63,643 nt of DNA, filler included, from Octopus bimaculoides (GCF_001194135.2; 5 parts of 5 records of this genome joined end to end with filler, not necessarily neighbours in it); one strand, 5' to 3'. Counted from the first letter of the whole stretch, positions 38,918 through 54,437 are shown. Made by a program: numbers and translations. The notes: generated from the letters alone by a model not told the origin.

Positions 38918-39507
38918 TTATATATGCATGCACACAAATTCAGATATTTCGAATCTTTCACTTTTGACATTACTTAATAGTGAATTGAATTAAATCATAA
39001 TACTCAATACTCTCCACAAAAGACACACAGACATTCAGTTCTATCCATTCTCCTGTCCTTCTCTTCATTTTCTTCTTCCTCTCATTTTCTTCTCCGTTTA
39101 ATACAAATTGTTTACTTAATGGATTTTTTATATTGAATTATCTATGAAGCTTCATCAAAGTGTAATAGAAAATATTTTATTCATTCCAGAATAACCCATT
39201 CCATTCTAGAGATATCAAGTTTTTAACCTTTGACAGAAGCAGAAAATTGGGGAAGAAATGCGTTTCAAAATTATATAAATATGTCATATTTTACTTTTAG
39301 AAAATATTGTAAGTTTGACACATACTTTAACTATCACAGCAGAAGGGAAAAAAATTAGAAATATAAATGGCTTCTATTAACATATGTATGGATAGTTTAA
39401 AAAACGTAAGCATGTTGCTGTTTTAAAATTAGGCTTATGTTTATGCATTCATATACAAGAACGTGCATACATGCATAGAGTCACACATACATGCATGTAC
39501 ATACATA

Positions 39508-39565
<58 letters not shown>

Positions 39566-39763
39566 CATATATATATATATATATATATCTATATATATAT
39601 ATATATATATATATACACTATCATATATATTATATATTATATATATAATATATATGTGTGTGTGTATAGATAGATATACATATATACACACATATATATA
39701 GGAATATACGTATATCTATATATATACACACATATATATAGGAATATACGTATATCTATATAT

Positions 39764-39796
<33 letters not shown>

Positions 39797-40295
39797 NNNN
39801 NNNNNNNNNNNNNNNNNNNNNNNNNNNNNNNNNNNNNNNNNNNNNNNNNNNNNNNNNNNNNNNNNNNNNNNNNNNNNNNNNNNNNNNNNNNNNNNNNNNN
39901 NNNNNNNNNNNNNNNNNNNNNNNNNNNNNNNNNNNNNNNNNNNNNNNNNNNNNNNNNNNNNNNNNNNNNNNNNNNNNNNNNNNNNNNNNNNNNNNNNNNN
40001 NNNNNNNNNNNNNNNNNNNNNNNNNNNNNNNNNNNNNNNNNNNNNNNNNNNNNNNNNNNNNNNNNNNNNNNNNNNNNNNNNNNNNNNNNNNNNNNNNNNN
40101 NNNNNNNNNNNNNNNNNNNNNNNNNNNNNNNNNNNNNNNNNNNNNNNNNNNNNNNNNNNNNNNNNNNNNNNNNNNNNNNNNNNNNNNNNNNNNNNNNNNN
40201 NNNNNNNNNNNNNNNNNNNNNNNNNNNNNNNNNNNNNNNNNNNNNNNNNNNNNNNNNNNNNNNNNNNNNNNNNNNNNNNNNNNNNNNNNNNNNNN

Positions 40296-40338
<43 letters not shown>

Positions 40339-40419
40339 GGGGGTGTATGCATGTATGCATACGTGTGTGTGTGTGTGTGTTTGTGTGTGTGTGTCTGTGT
40401 GTGTGTCTGTGTGTGTGTG

Positions 40420-40718
40420 AGGGCGCATGGCCTATTGCTCAGGGTGCTGGACTTACGAGCGCTAGATCGTGGTTTCAGTTCATAGACCGGGTGGTGCGTT
40501 TTGTTCTTGAGGAAAACACTTCCACTCACGTTGCACTGCGATCACTTCCACACCTGACGGGTGGTACACAGTGCACCTATTCAACGTCAGTTTGATGGAG
40601 GTGGAGGGAGAGCTAATGTACAGCACATACGTTTGATCACTATAAACAAATCCTTTGTGCAGTTTGCTCGGTAAAACAGCTGAATGCCCATACGTCGTCT
40701 TCGACGGGAGAGTCTACC
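40420..40718 (+). mobile_element. tRNA-derived SINE with CORE-like middle and a distinct tail
   Basis: gggcgcatggcc...ggacttacgagcgctagatcgtggtttcagtttc...ttgttcttgaggaaaacact. Confidence 0.55.
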
Positions 40719-40829
40719 ATATACGTGTGTGTGTGCGTGCGTGCGTATGTATGTGTATGAGAAATGAATGCTTCAAAATTACAACAAAAATGTTTTGTTG
40801 AAATTGTTTAGCAGAGAGCTCATCATAGG

Positions 40830-40927
40830 CGTAGGAGTGGTTGTGTGGTAAGTAAATCCTGGGGCCAACCAAAGCCTTGTGGGTGGATTTGATAGACGGA
40901 AACTGAAAGAAGTCTGTCGTATATATG

Positions 40928-41003
<76 letters not shown>

Positions 41004-41216
41004 TGTGTGTCTGTTTGTCCCCCAACATCGCTTGACAACCGATGCTGGTGTGTTTACGTCCCCGTAACTTAATGGTTCGGCAAAAGAGACCGATAGAATA
41101 AGTACTAGGCTTACAAAGATTAAGTCCTGGGGTTGATTTGCTCGACTAAAAAAGGCGGTGCTCCAGCATGGCCGCAGTTAAAATGACTGAAACAAGTAAA
41201 AGAGTAAAAGAGTAAA
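40830..41216 (+). mobile_element. SINE family A with internal (TA)n(TG)n, head partly deleted
   Basis: ccaaagccttgtgggtggatttgatagacggaaactgaaagaag, microsatellite, and full tail with (gtaaaaga)n. Confidence 0.85.
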
Positions 41217-41580
41217 GAGAGAGCTCATCATAAATGAGGGGAAAAACTACAGATTTAGTCTAATAATACAATGCTATATGATTACAGCTAATGTGAAGAG
41301 GCAGCTGAAAATCAAGCAATGTGCTTCAGTAAATATACAATATATACAAAATCTTTTACGAGCAGTATCACGTTTCCTGCAGAGGAGCCTTATAATTACA
41401 AGATTCACAATGCCTTCATCAGCGGGGCTGCAAAGAGACTCCTAACGAGATTTGTACGAATATATCTATCTTAATGTAGAAACCAGTGATAAGCAACAGT
41501 GTAAGCAACAAAGCACAAATTCTGTCCAACTCTATTGGTTTACATTCGATATATTATGCGTTTGCTATAACAAATAAGTA

Positions 41581-41856
41581 CAGTGATGCTTCGATATACG
41601 AGTAAATTGGTTCCCGGAGATGGCGCCTAAAGCGAAAACTCGTAAAGCAGAGCAATAATTTCTCATAGAAGCAATGAACTTTTATGCCGTCATTTTACTC
41701 CGTCGCTGTGTAGACGCGTCAGGGCCGGTGTTGCCACATGTTGCGACGATCCCACACACATAAAATGGCCGTTTAAGCTTTTTATATTTATTATAAAATA
41801 AAACTCTTAAACCCGGGGTCTCGTAAAGAGAGTCCTCGTAAAGTGAGGTATTACTG
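41581..41856. mobile_element. pogo/Tigger-like MITE
   Basis: TA duplication (41579-80 and 41857-58). Imperfect TIRs CAGTGATGCTTCGATATACGAG and reverse-complement CAGTAATACCTCACTTTACGAG; subterminal ctcgtaaag repeats. Confidence 0.75.
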
Positions 41857-43023
41857 TATATTAATTCGTTGAAATTACAAAATATTTATTCTTGTAAATA
41901 TAATCATCTAGTTATTTCTAAAATGATTCATAACAATCCTTAATTAATTCTAATTACGTGGATTCGATCAACTTTTGCTTGTGTAAAATTTTTTTATAAA
42001 ATAAATGTAAATTGCATATATCTTTGAGGATATTTCAACTATTTCTGTATGTCAATGGTTTTTACACAGTAAAATCTTCATACAATTCAGTTTGCAGTTT
42101 CACTGACGAAGGAATCGCATGTCCATATATTTTTATTAATGAGTGACTGCCAGAAACATGATTGTGTCCAGGGAAAATATAAAATTTATAATGCGATTAT
42201 TTTAGTAAACAGCAAACTTAGGTTTTCTAGTATTTTTTGTTTGCGCTATCGAAATATTATATGTAAATATTTTTCGAAGTTTATTCTTTTCTTTTCGTTT
42301 TATTTTATGCTTTTTTCTACGTCCCACTTAGAACAACAGATATTCTTTTTTATATACTTACTAAGTATTTATTTCTATGAATAATGAAACAGCTTTTTTT
42401 TTTTGTAATGATTTTAATTTCCATTTATTAATATCAATTTCAGTGATTCGAGTATTGGTGTAAAGACTTCTAAAAAGAAAATAGGCGTATTTGTTGCCTT
42501 GATGCTACGACTACTCCCGCGTATGGAAGTTTCCTACAACCTCCTCGAATTTCTCATACGACGCTTTGTAAACCCGCTGATGAAGGCATCACGTATTTTC
42601 ATAGAGTTTGAACATCTCACAGGTAAAAACACTATCGTACCCATAGAATTAATAGAATTGTTATATATGTATTTTAATATATGCCTTGGTTATGTTTTCG
42701 AGTATCTCTTCGCTTGAGCTGACGCATTTACGTACATACGTACAAACATGCTATATATAAATGCACATACACAAATATATGCATGTATAAATGTATATAT
42801 ATATAAATGTATGTATGCATATGTATATATTTGTGCGTATATATATATGTGTGTACATTTATATATATGCACATGTATATATGTTTATATATATGCATGT
42901 ATATATATATATATGTCTATATATGTATATATATATATATGCATATATGTATATATGTGTATATATATGTATATGTATGTTTATATATATGTATGTATAC
43001 ATATATATATATGCATATATATT

Positions 43024-43074
<51 letters not shown>

Positions 43075-44259
43075 CTTTGTCTATGAGTGTGTGTATGTAT
43101 ACATATATATAAATATAATTTATATTTATATATATATATAGAAATACACATACTCACACATACACACATGTATACACACATATATATAAGTTATATATAT
43201 ATGTATTTTACTGCGTTTTTCTTTATATATTTTCGTCACAATTCTTTAGTAGTATTTTTTTTATTCTATCTTATCAGATTCTTGTTATAGTCTTTTTTTT
43301 TTACCATTTTCTATTTTGTTTCCTCCTTTATTTTCTTTTTATTTTCCCTTTTACCCTTGTTTTACAATATTTTTTCCTGTTTTCTTCAAAGTTAAGCAAT
43401 TATTTACGAAATCATATTCTCAATAAGATAGACATGAAACAAAACTCTACGAAAATGCAATTACATTTGTGGAGGGAAAATGAAATTCACAAATGTCCTT
43501 CCTTCATTTAGCGCCATTCGATAACGGTGAAATGGAATATAACCGAAACGAAAACTAAAGCTATAAGTGTACATACATACATACATACATACATACATAA
43601 ATACATACATACTTATATATAGGTACGTAGGTATGATAATGCAAAAAATAATGAGAGAAGTAAAACAAATAGATAAAAATATTTCTCCACCAGGAAAGAA
43701 AAATATCTAAAACAGCCACAAATACACATAAAAGTCCCTTGCATCTATGTGTGTGCTTTTAAACACACACACACACACNNNNNNNNNNNNNNNNNNNNNN
43801 NNNNNNNNNNNNNNNNNNNNNNNNNNNNNNNNNNNNNNNNNNNNNNNNNNNNNNNNNNNNNNNNNNNNNNNNNNNNNNNNNNNNNNNNNNNNNNNNNNNN
43901 NNNNNNNNNNNNNNNNNNNNNNNNNNNNNNNNNNNNNNNNNNNNNNNNNNNNNNNNNNNNNNNNNNNNNNNNNNNNNNNNNNNNNNNNNNNNNNNNNNNN
44001 NNNNNNNNNNNNNNNNNNNNNNNNNNNNNNNNNNNNNNNNNNNNNNNNNNNNNNNNNNNNNNNNNNNNNNNGTACATACATATTAATGTATGTACACATA
44101 TAAATTACATATTTAAAGCACATTTATACGCATACCTCTAAACACGCATTTGCACACACACGCATACATACATGCATACATACATACATACATACATACA
44201 TGCACGTAGAATCAAACAATCCCACCCTCCAAGCGCACTCACACACACACGCACATGCG

Positions 44260-44300
<41 letters not shown>

Positions 44301-44440
44301 AGATATAATAAACTAGATAAAAACTAAGATAAGACATAAAAGTATATAAAAAGAAAATGAAAGAAAAAAAAAGGAAGGCTATAGAAGAAGAGATAATAGG
44401 AAAGAAAGGACGACGACAACGATTATGCTAATGATGATGC

Positions 44441-44479
<39 letters not shown>

Positions 44480-44854
44480 CGACGATGATGATGAGACAAG
44501 GGAAATGATAGTAACGACTGTAGTAACATTAGACTGGAGGATGTGTGAAGAGTTTTACAAGCGTTNNNNNNNNNNTCTGGAATTCTGGGGGTTTGTAGGG
44601 ACAACCTTAGTACCATCTACACACACACACAAGCACACACACACACACACACACACACAAGCACACACACACACACACACATATATATACATAGACAATA
44701 CACATATATATTCTATATGTACTTCCATACTTATATACATATATACATGCAAGGATACGACGCGTGCGTGTGGGCACACATTTATATATACATGCATATT
44801 CCTACGTATATGTGTATGTGTACACATATATATGCATATACATATGTATGTTTG

Positions 44855-45480
44855 TATAAATTTCGAAATCGGGAGTAATAAACAATCGACAACTGAAGAG
44901 GAATTAGACTTCTTTTGGTATTTTGTCCCATACTAGTCTCTCGTTATGTGTTTACGTACTTTTCGCTCGTTGTTGATGCCCTGTTCTTATTGGGTATTTT
45001 TTGGTACTTTGTCCTGTACTTATCTCTTGTGTGTTACGTGTTTTCGCTCATTGGTGATGTCCTGTACTTAATGTGTATTTTTTTTATTTATTTATTATCG
45101 AACCCCACGCAGCCTTATCCGCAGTAAGTTCATACATTTATTTATAATTTCTGCGACTCCACACTCTGTTTCCTTTCTTTCTCTATATCCCTCTATAATC
45201 CTCTGTATTTTCCGTTTCTCCCCCTCGTTCTTTGCTGTCCCTTGTCTTTCTTCCACTCCCTACTATCTTTTGTTTCTTCTCTCTTCTCATAACTCCCTTT
45301 GTTTCTTTCCTTCACCTTCTCTCTTGTCCCCCTTCCCCTCTGCTTGTTTGCTCACACGTGACTACTGGCCATTTCTCTCACCTCTGTTTTTTTTTGGGTG
45401 GGGGCGCTACGTCCAGCGAGTTGGACCTCATTTCTCTCGCCTCCGACATTTTTTCTCTTCTACTATTTTCTTCTCTTCTA
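44855..45480 (+). repeat. Family R copy (GAAA...CTGAAGA, gtcctgtac repeats, pyrimidine tract, cacgtgac..ggcca)
   Basis: Same ordered motifs as 29495-30231, with an internal ~80-bp duplication at 44960-45085. Confidence 0.5.
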
Positions 45481-45620
45481 TTTAATCTATACCCTTTCAA
45501 AATTTTTCCCAGATATTACCCATTGCATGTGATTTTTCAGAAGGGTTTCATTCTGCCCTAAACTTATCAAATTAATGTCACAGCTCTAAATATCCTAACT
45601 TAATAAATACTTATTAGATC

Positions 45621-45687
<67 letters not shown>

Positions 45688-45690
45688 CAT

Positions 45691-46726
<1,036 letters not shown>

Positions 46727-47265
46727 TATATATATGCCTCACTGTAAAATAATGCCCATGGGTTTTCTTTTTTCTTTTTTTATTTGGCAGTTTGAAATCA
46801 GGAACGATCAGACTGGAAGCGCTGTCCCTAACTGATCTTCATGTGGCGCTCACATCACTATCCCTGATCTCAATGTTATTTACCGTTTTTTTAATAAACT
46901 TTGTCTGGAAATCTACAGAAGGAGTGGTGAGCAAATCCAGATTAGCTATAACAGCACCAAAACTGTTCGGTTCGCATTTCAGATCAAACCGCTTACATGA
47001 CTCTCGCGAGACATTTTTCATAGTGAAAGACATAATGTAAGGGTATGCATGTACATATGTATGGATGGATGGATAGATGGATGGACGGACGGACGGACGG
47101 ACGGATCGATCGATCGATGTATACATATATAATATTTAGTTATACATATATATATATGCACAAATACATGTGTATATATGTGTGAGTATACATACATAAA
47201 GTTATTTGTATCCTTTATATATATATATATATATACATACGTATATACATAGTTACACACGCACA

Positions 47266-47315
<50 letters not shown>

Positions 47316-47404
47316 CACACGTATACCTATATCATCAAGTAGACTCCAAACGGATTGGTGTTGATCTGCTTCGGCAATAATTGTATTATTCAGTAAATTC
47401 AAAG

Positions 47405-47575
47405 GAAAGAGTATAGTGAATATATCGAGGGAAGTTGAAAATCCGACGTTTCGGACGGAATCCTTCTTCGAACAAGAGATAAATTAATTTCCTCTATGTC
47501 TCAGTTTCCTGAAAAAGGAATTTATCCGAAACGTTGAATTTTCCACTCACCACAGCATGTTCACTGTACTCCCTT
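47405..47575. ncRNA. Head-to-head inverted pair of degenerate minimal hammerhead motifs (47440-47476 minus; 47505-47539 plus)
   Basis: Minus: UCGAAGA-a-GGA uuccg UCC-GAAA-CGU-C-ggauu. Plus: uuuc-CUGAAAA-a-GGA auuua UCC-GAAA-CGU-U-gaau. The downstream flanks are also mutually homologous. Confidence 0.6.
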
Positions 47576-47769
47576 CATCGATTTTACGATTTTTCTATAT
47601 ACGTGTATGTGTGTGTATGTATATATATGTTTGTATGTATACACATACACACAAACATATATTCTTTTACTTGTTTCAGTCATTTCACTGCGGCCATATA
47701 CACACACGGACGTACGTTTGTGTGTATATGTATGTTGATAGTGAAGAGTATGAAGTTTTGGGGCAGTGA

Positions 47770-48839
47770 ATGCAAAAATGGAGAGAGAGAGAGAGAGAGA
47801 GATGAATCGGAATGAGAGATAAAAGACAGGTATAGATAAAACGTGTGTAAAAGAATTATGAGCGAACAGAAGAGGGGTGGGGCAGATAGAGCGTGAGCGG
47901 GAGTCTGAGAAGAAAGAGAAAAAGATGTGTCAGAGATATAGAGTGATAGAAAAGATATTGTTATGTAGAAAGCGAATAAGAAAAGCAGATAGAGAAACAA
48001 TGAAGAGACAAGATACAATAGGGATAAGGTGATGTGGAAGAAAGGGAGGAAGAGAAAGGAATTGAATTATGAGGAAGATGGAGTAAACAATGCAGAGAGA
48101 TAGAGTGAGTGTGTGTGTGAGTTTAAGGGTCAAAGTGAAAGCAAGGAGAGAGAGTTAAAACTTAAGAAGGACAAATGGATGAAGAGAAAAATGAGAATGA
48201 GAGAGGGTAATAAGGCCGGAAGAATGAAGGTTAGTAGGAGAGAGATGGAAAGCTGAGTAACAAAAAGAGACATCTTAGATCTAAAGAAAGAGTGGGAGAA
48301 AGAGAGAGGAGGGAGCAAAGACAGAGTAATGTTAGATGGGAGGGAATAGAGTGGGGAGGAAGAATTTAAGAAAATACAAAATGAAGACAATGTGTCAGAG
48401 AGAAAGAGAGAAAATAAAACGGAGAGAGAGAAAGAGAAAGAAACAGACATGCGGAGTAATAAAAAGAGGGGGAGATAGAAAGAAAAGAGTAAAGAAACTG
48501 AGAGAGTAGGAGGGGTGAGTAAGGGTGTGATTGAGTGGCCGCAAGAGGAGATACATATATACGTATACAAATACGTGTGTTTAGGCGTGTATGTATACGT
48601 ATGTATATTCATACATACATATAAAATATATGTGCGTGTGTGTGTGTAGAAAGAGAGTGAGAAAGAGAGTAAGAGAGATAGGTGAGAGAAAGAGAGAGAT
48701 GAAAATAGTAAGAGAGAGCTGAGTGTAATAAAAACAGAAAAAGAGAGGGTGTGCACCATTTCACTACCATCATACTTTAAGAGGCAGAGGAGGGGAAACA
48801 AAGGAGAGAGTAATATAGTGTACCATTCTACTACCGCCA

Positions 48840-48920
<81 letters not shown>

Positions 48921-48925
48921 GAAAG
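47770..48925 (+). repeat. ~1.1-kb purine-rich low-complexity tract ending in (GA)n
   Basis: Strong A/G bias on the plus strand; (GA)n at 48841-48918. Confidence 0.8.
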
Positions 48926-49678
48926 AAATTGTGCATCATTCCACTACCACCACACTATAAGTAGAAGTTAAATGTAAGAAGTGAGTCTGACATTTTCTGC
49001 CAGACTCAAAGACAAAGATAAAAAGGCAAGAAAAATAATTAATCAGAGCGAAGTTTTTGTGGAATTCTTACAAAGTAGAAGATTCATGGGATTCTTTGAA
49101 GAGGCTTACACATCCTTCACACCTCCTACCATAGTTTATGTCAAATAGAGACGGTGAGAAGAATACATATGTACATGGATTCATGCATATATGAATGTAT
49201 TACATTTATACAATGTATTATACACATACATACACACATACGCATCCGTAGTAAAAATGGCTGTTCATGTGTGTATTTATACGATATATATATATGTGTA
49301 TTTAAATACATACATATATATGTACAAATACATAGATGTGTGCGTGTGTATATATATATACAGACACATACACACAAAAACAGAATTTTTTTTTATCGTT
49401 TTACTGGTTTCGGACAAATGAACAACACTACAGATTTCATTCTGGTAACATAATTTCTCGATATCCATTTATTGAATTTCTAAGTCACCTTTTCAAGTGC
49501 ACACGCACACATGAACACACACAGACACATACGTGTGTATATATATGTATGCTTGTATGTATATGTGTAAGCATGTCTGTATGTCTATATATATGTGTAT
49601 GTATGTATGTATGTATGTATGCGCGCATGCTTACATACACACGTGCAGACAGACAGACAGACAGACAGATAGACAGAC

Positions 49679-49726
<48 letters not shown>

Positions 49727-50567
49727 GGATGGATGGATGGATGGATGGATGGATGGATGGATGGATGGATGGATGGATAATTCACTCAGCTGACTCTATT
49801 AGGCAGAAGAGTTTAAGTAGTTGAAACGTATTCATGAGTGACTCTTACAGATGAGTTTTAGTATGTAAGTGTGAGGAACTACATCAGCAGCAATAGTCTA
49901 AACATGTGACGAGTAACTTCGTTTTAGGTCTTGCCTGATCCTTCTGTAGAGTTACCGAATGACCAAGCCTGAGTAATTTCCTGACTTAAGTCAGTAGAAA
50001 CATAAGTCATTGTTGATATAATGTGTGTGTAGTTTCCATGGGAGATCTTCACAAACTGCGAAACTATAGCGACAGTAAAGAGACACTTGTAGTGACTTCG
50101 AGGCCAGAGAAGGTGGTATATATCACCGAATATTTCGTTTTGCATATGTTGTGTGTCTTTTGTTCAGAAAAACCGCTACAGCTACTATAAGAAAAATATT
50201 GTGCGCATTTGGAGAGTGACGTTCGAGCTGAAAGAAAGGAAAACTTAAGTAATGGTGAAATGAGAATCTGTGTGACATTAACAATCTCTGAGGCACAACG
50301 ATGTTGATAGAACCTGACTTTGAGATAGACACATCGATACATGCTACAGCGATGCGTTTGGCGACAAAAAGCCTTGAAGTATTGACCAATGCATGACAAA
50401 TATGCAACTTGACTGGGATATTTTCATTCACAATCGACCAAAGGTTTCTAAAAAATGTTTGTAGAATTAGAAAGATTACCCTTCTGAAGAACGGGCCACG
50501 CTCTAGATGCTTCTGAAGTTTGAGTTAAGTGTGTATGTATGTATGTATGTATGTATGTATGTGTGTG

Positions 50568-50601
<34 letters not shown>

Positions 50602-50724
50602 TGTACGTGTATGTATGTATTTATACATACATACACACATACACATACATACATACATACATACATACATACATACATACATACATAAATGTGTAATGTC
50701 ATCTGTGTGTGTGTGTGTGAGTGT

Positions 50725-50935
50725 TTGGGCTTACTCTAACTCCTCCCACACCGTCCAACTGATTTTAATGACTTTTGGCACATAGGTAGATCACATGCCC
50801 TGAAGTTCAAATAAGGCCGGAATTTTCGGAAAACTCGATAATGCTTAGTTGGCATCGATTTTTGTGAGCTCAATCGGGCGTTTGAATGGAAATTCCCATA
50901 GCCATGTTATTTTTCCTGCAGCTTTTGCATTTTTT
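50725..50935 (+). mobile_element. Possible non-autonomous Helitron/Helentron (HINE-like) head
   Basis: ctcctcccacaccgtccaactgattttaatgacttttggcacataggt follows a (TG)n tract; similar in style to 8485-8545. Confidence 0.3.
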
Positions 50936-51077
50936 AATACTATTCTACATTATTTATGTGTAATGTGGTTCAAAGCGAAATGGTACTGTAACAAATGTAA
51001 CCGATGTTAAACTTATGATATATTGATACCATCATTTCATCTTTGCCTTCTTTTAAGTATATATACAGATATACATA

Positions 51078-52032
51078 TTGGGTTGGCAAGAAAGTAATTT
51101 CGGTCTTTTAGTGTGAAATACAGTCATTTTTTTTTTTTTCTCATACATAGAATGAACTTTTCGATGATCTTTTGCCATCTTTCTGGCAACTTCATGATTC
51201 CGCGCTTAGAGAACTTCTGGTCCTTATTAGCGAAAAACTGAAACAAGTGCGATTTTAGGTCATCATCAATATTGAAAATGTTATCATTCAAAGTATTTTG
51301 CAAACTTCGAAATAAATAGTAATCTGATGGTTCAAGGTCAGGGCTATGTGGTGGATGTGATATTACTTCCCAACAAAGCTCCAATAATTTTTCACGAGTT
51401 AGCAAAGACGTGTGCGATCTAGCGTTGTCATGGTGGAACACGAGTCTTTTACGATCTGCCAATTCTGTCTGTTTTTCAATGATTGATTCTTCCAGCTTCA
51501 TTAGTTGTTGGCAGTAAATATCTAAATTGATCGTCTGGTTCCTTGGAAGCAGCGCAAAATACACAACACCTGTGTAATCCCACCAAATTGACAGCATGAC
51601 CTTTTTTATGCAGTCCAGCTTTCGATGTGTTTCGTGCTGGTTCATTACGTTTGGACCATGATCGCTTTCGATTGATGCTATTGTAGACAATCTATTTTTC
51701 CTCACCAATGATGATTCGTTTCCAAAAATTTGTGTTTGAGATGCATATCGCAAATATTGATTCGTTGTTTTAAATGAATCTCTTTCAATTTATGTGGAAC
51801 ACAAATATCAAGATTAACAAGTCCAAGACATTTTAAGTGATTTTCAATTGTTGTGTATGATGCATTTAACCTCTTTGCATTCTCTCACATAGTTATATGA
51901 CAATCAGATTCAGTTATGGCTTTGATTAAGTAATTATCAATTTAATAGGTCAACCAGAACGTTGGTCATCTTTGAGTGAAAAATCGGATTTTTTTAAAAC
52001 CATTTCTGAGAAGTGTGTTCTGTTAAGCAATC
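51078..52032 (-). mobile_element. Mariner (D,D34D; mauritiana/mellifera-like) transposon, 5'-truncated
   Basis: ORF 51124-51753 with MLSIWWD, FHHDNARSH and HPPHSPDLEPSDYYLF. TIR ttgggttggcaagaaagtaatt next to TA. Confidence 0.9.
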
Positions 52033-52105
52033 AACATCATTGTCATCATCATCATCACCATCATCACCATCATCATTATCACCATCATCATGATCATGAT
52101 CATCG

Positions 52106-52138
<33 letters not shown>

Positions 52139-52642
52139 ACTATAACAATAACAACAACAATAACAGTGAGCTAATGTAAGACCTAAAAATAGCTCCATAT
52201 ATCCCTCAAATTCCACTTAGCTGTTTTAATAAATGGTCGAACACATTGCATAATGTTGTCCTGTTACACCAAAAGGACGGGATGACCTATACTAGAATAT
52301 CATCGATAATAAGTCTTCTCTTGTCTGAGCTGGCTTGTAGCTAAACAACAACTAATGCCAGTACAATATTACACCAAGAGCTCTACCCTAACAGCACGAA
52401 CAATAACATTACTACTCCCACGCTCAACATTACTACCATTTCTCCCAGTGCGTCCATCCCTACGACCACGGCTTCACCCCATCAACCCACACGAACACAC
52501 TCTCTCTCCCTCCCCCTGCGCCCTCTTTCTCTCTCTCTCTCTCTCTTTATATATATACATGTAAAGAAAGACAAGAAATACAGAATGATAGGGAAGAACA
52601 TGAATGTAGATTAAGAGGAAAGAATGTGTAGTGAAAACGCTG

Positions 52643-52678
52643 TTACTTGAAGAAGAACAGTTGTCCGAAACGTTTGAA
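52643..52678 (+). ncRNA. Degenerate minimal hammerhead motif (UUGAAGA core)
   Basis: UUGAAGA-a-GAAC aguu GUCC-GAAA-CGU-U-ugaa. Palindromic AACGUU stem III; stem I is weak. Confidence 0.45.
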
Positions 52679-52842
52679 GCTCTGCCCCACAAACAACACA
52701 TCAGCTTGAATATTTTTACTTTGATACCAATAAATACAGTTCTTGCCAATATAGACTACCACCAGTCAGGCGTTTTGCGTTCAGTTTTTTTTAAATATTG
52801 ATTGAGAAATCGAGAGAACGAGGGATGAACATGACTAGGAAG

Positions 52843-52897
<55 letters not shown>

Positions 52898-53850
52898 AGG
52901 AAATATATAGAGATAGATACATAAATTCATAGAGAAAACGGGAAAAAGAGACAAAGAGNNNNNNNNNNNNNNNNNNNNNNNNNNNNNNNNNNNNNNNNNN
53001 NNNNNNNNNNNNNNNNNNNNNNNNNNNNNNNNNNNNNNNNNNNNNNNNNNNNNNNNNNNNNNNNNNNNNNNNNNNNNNNNNNNNNNNNNNNNNNNNNNNN
53101 NNNNNNNNNNNNNNNNNNNNNNNNNNNNNNNNNNNNNNNNNNNNNNNNNNNNNNNNNNNNNNNNNNNNNNNNNNNNNNNNNNNNNNNNNNNNNNNNNNNN
53201 NNNNNNNNNNNNNNNNNNNNNNNNNNNNNNNNNNNNNNNNNNNNNNNNNNNNNNNNNNNNNNNNNNNNNNNNNNNNNNNNNNNNNNNNNNNNNNNNNNNN
53301 NNNNNNNNNNNNNNNNNNNNNNNNNNNNNNNNNNNNNNNNNNNNNNNNNNNNNNNNNNNNNNNNNNNNNNNNNNNNNNNNNNNNNNNNNNNNNNNNNNNN
53401 NNNNNNNNNNNNNNNNNNNNNNNNNNNNNNNNNNNNNNNNNNNNNNNNNNNNNNNNNNNNNNNNNNNNNNNNNNNNNNNNNNNNNNNNNNNNNNNNNNNN
53501 NNNNNNNNNNNNNNNNNNNNNNNNNNNNNNNNNNNNNNNNNNNNNNNNNNNNNNNNNNNNNNNNNNNNNNNNNNNNNNNNNNNNNNNNNNNNNNNNNNNN
53601 NNNNNNNNNNNNNNNNNNNNNNNNNNNNNNNNNNNNNNNNNNNNNNNNNNNNNNNNNNNNNNNNNNNNNNNNNNNNNNNNNNNNNNNNNNNNNNNNNNNN
53701 NNNNNNNNNNNNNNNNNNNNNNNNNNNNNNNNNNNNNNNNNNNNNNNNNNNNNNNNNNNNNNNNNNNNNNNNNNNNNNNNNNNNNNNNNNNNNNNNNNNN
53801 NNNNNNNNNNNNNNNNNNNNNNNNNNNNNNNNNNNNNNNNNNNNNNNNNN

Positions 53851-53893
<43 letters not shown>

Positions 53894-53965
53894 ATACATA
53901 TATATACACACATATATATATATATTCCTTAATTTTATATATATATTCATACGTGAGAACAGGAC

Positions 53966-54031
<66 letters not shown>

Positions 54032-54405
54032 GGATAGATAAATTAATGTGCATGTATGGTCATTTGTTTTATAACTATTAATAAATGTGTGTATGTGTGT
54101 GAGAAGTTCAGTGTATGTGACTACATATGTGATTCCATATCAAAGCGTGTATGTGTTGGAATGTATGTGGAAGTGGGGAAGTGTGCACGCCAGGTAGGGT
54201 TGGTTCTATATTTTTATAGGTGAACTAGTATGTTGGTTAACTTGAGTAAATTAAATGAGTGTTATGTTATGTTGCTTGCATGGGTGTGTGCTGTCTGTGC
54301 GTTTGTAAGCACGCGTGTGAGTGTGTGTGTGTGAGTGTGTGTGTGTGTTTGAGTGTGTGTGTGTGTGAGTGTGTGTGTGTGTGTTTGTGAATATGTGCGT
54401 AGGCA

Positions 54406-54437
<32 letters not shown>

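Noticed and set aside
50476-50505. ctgaagaacgggccacgctctaga, an HHR-like half
   Set aside because: GAAA is replaced by TAGA and there is no stem I or III support; too degenerate to call.
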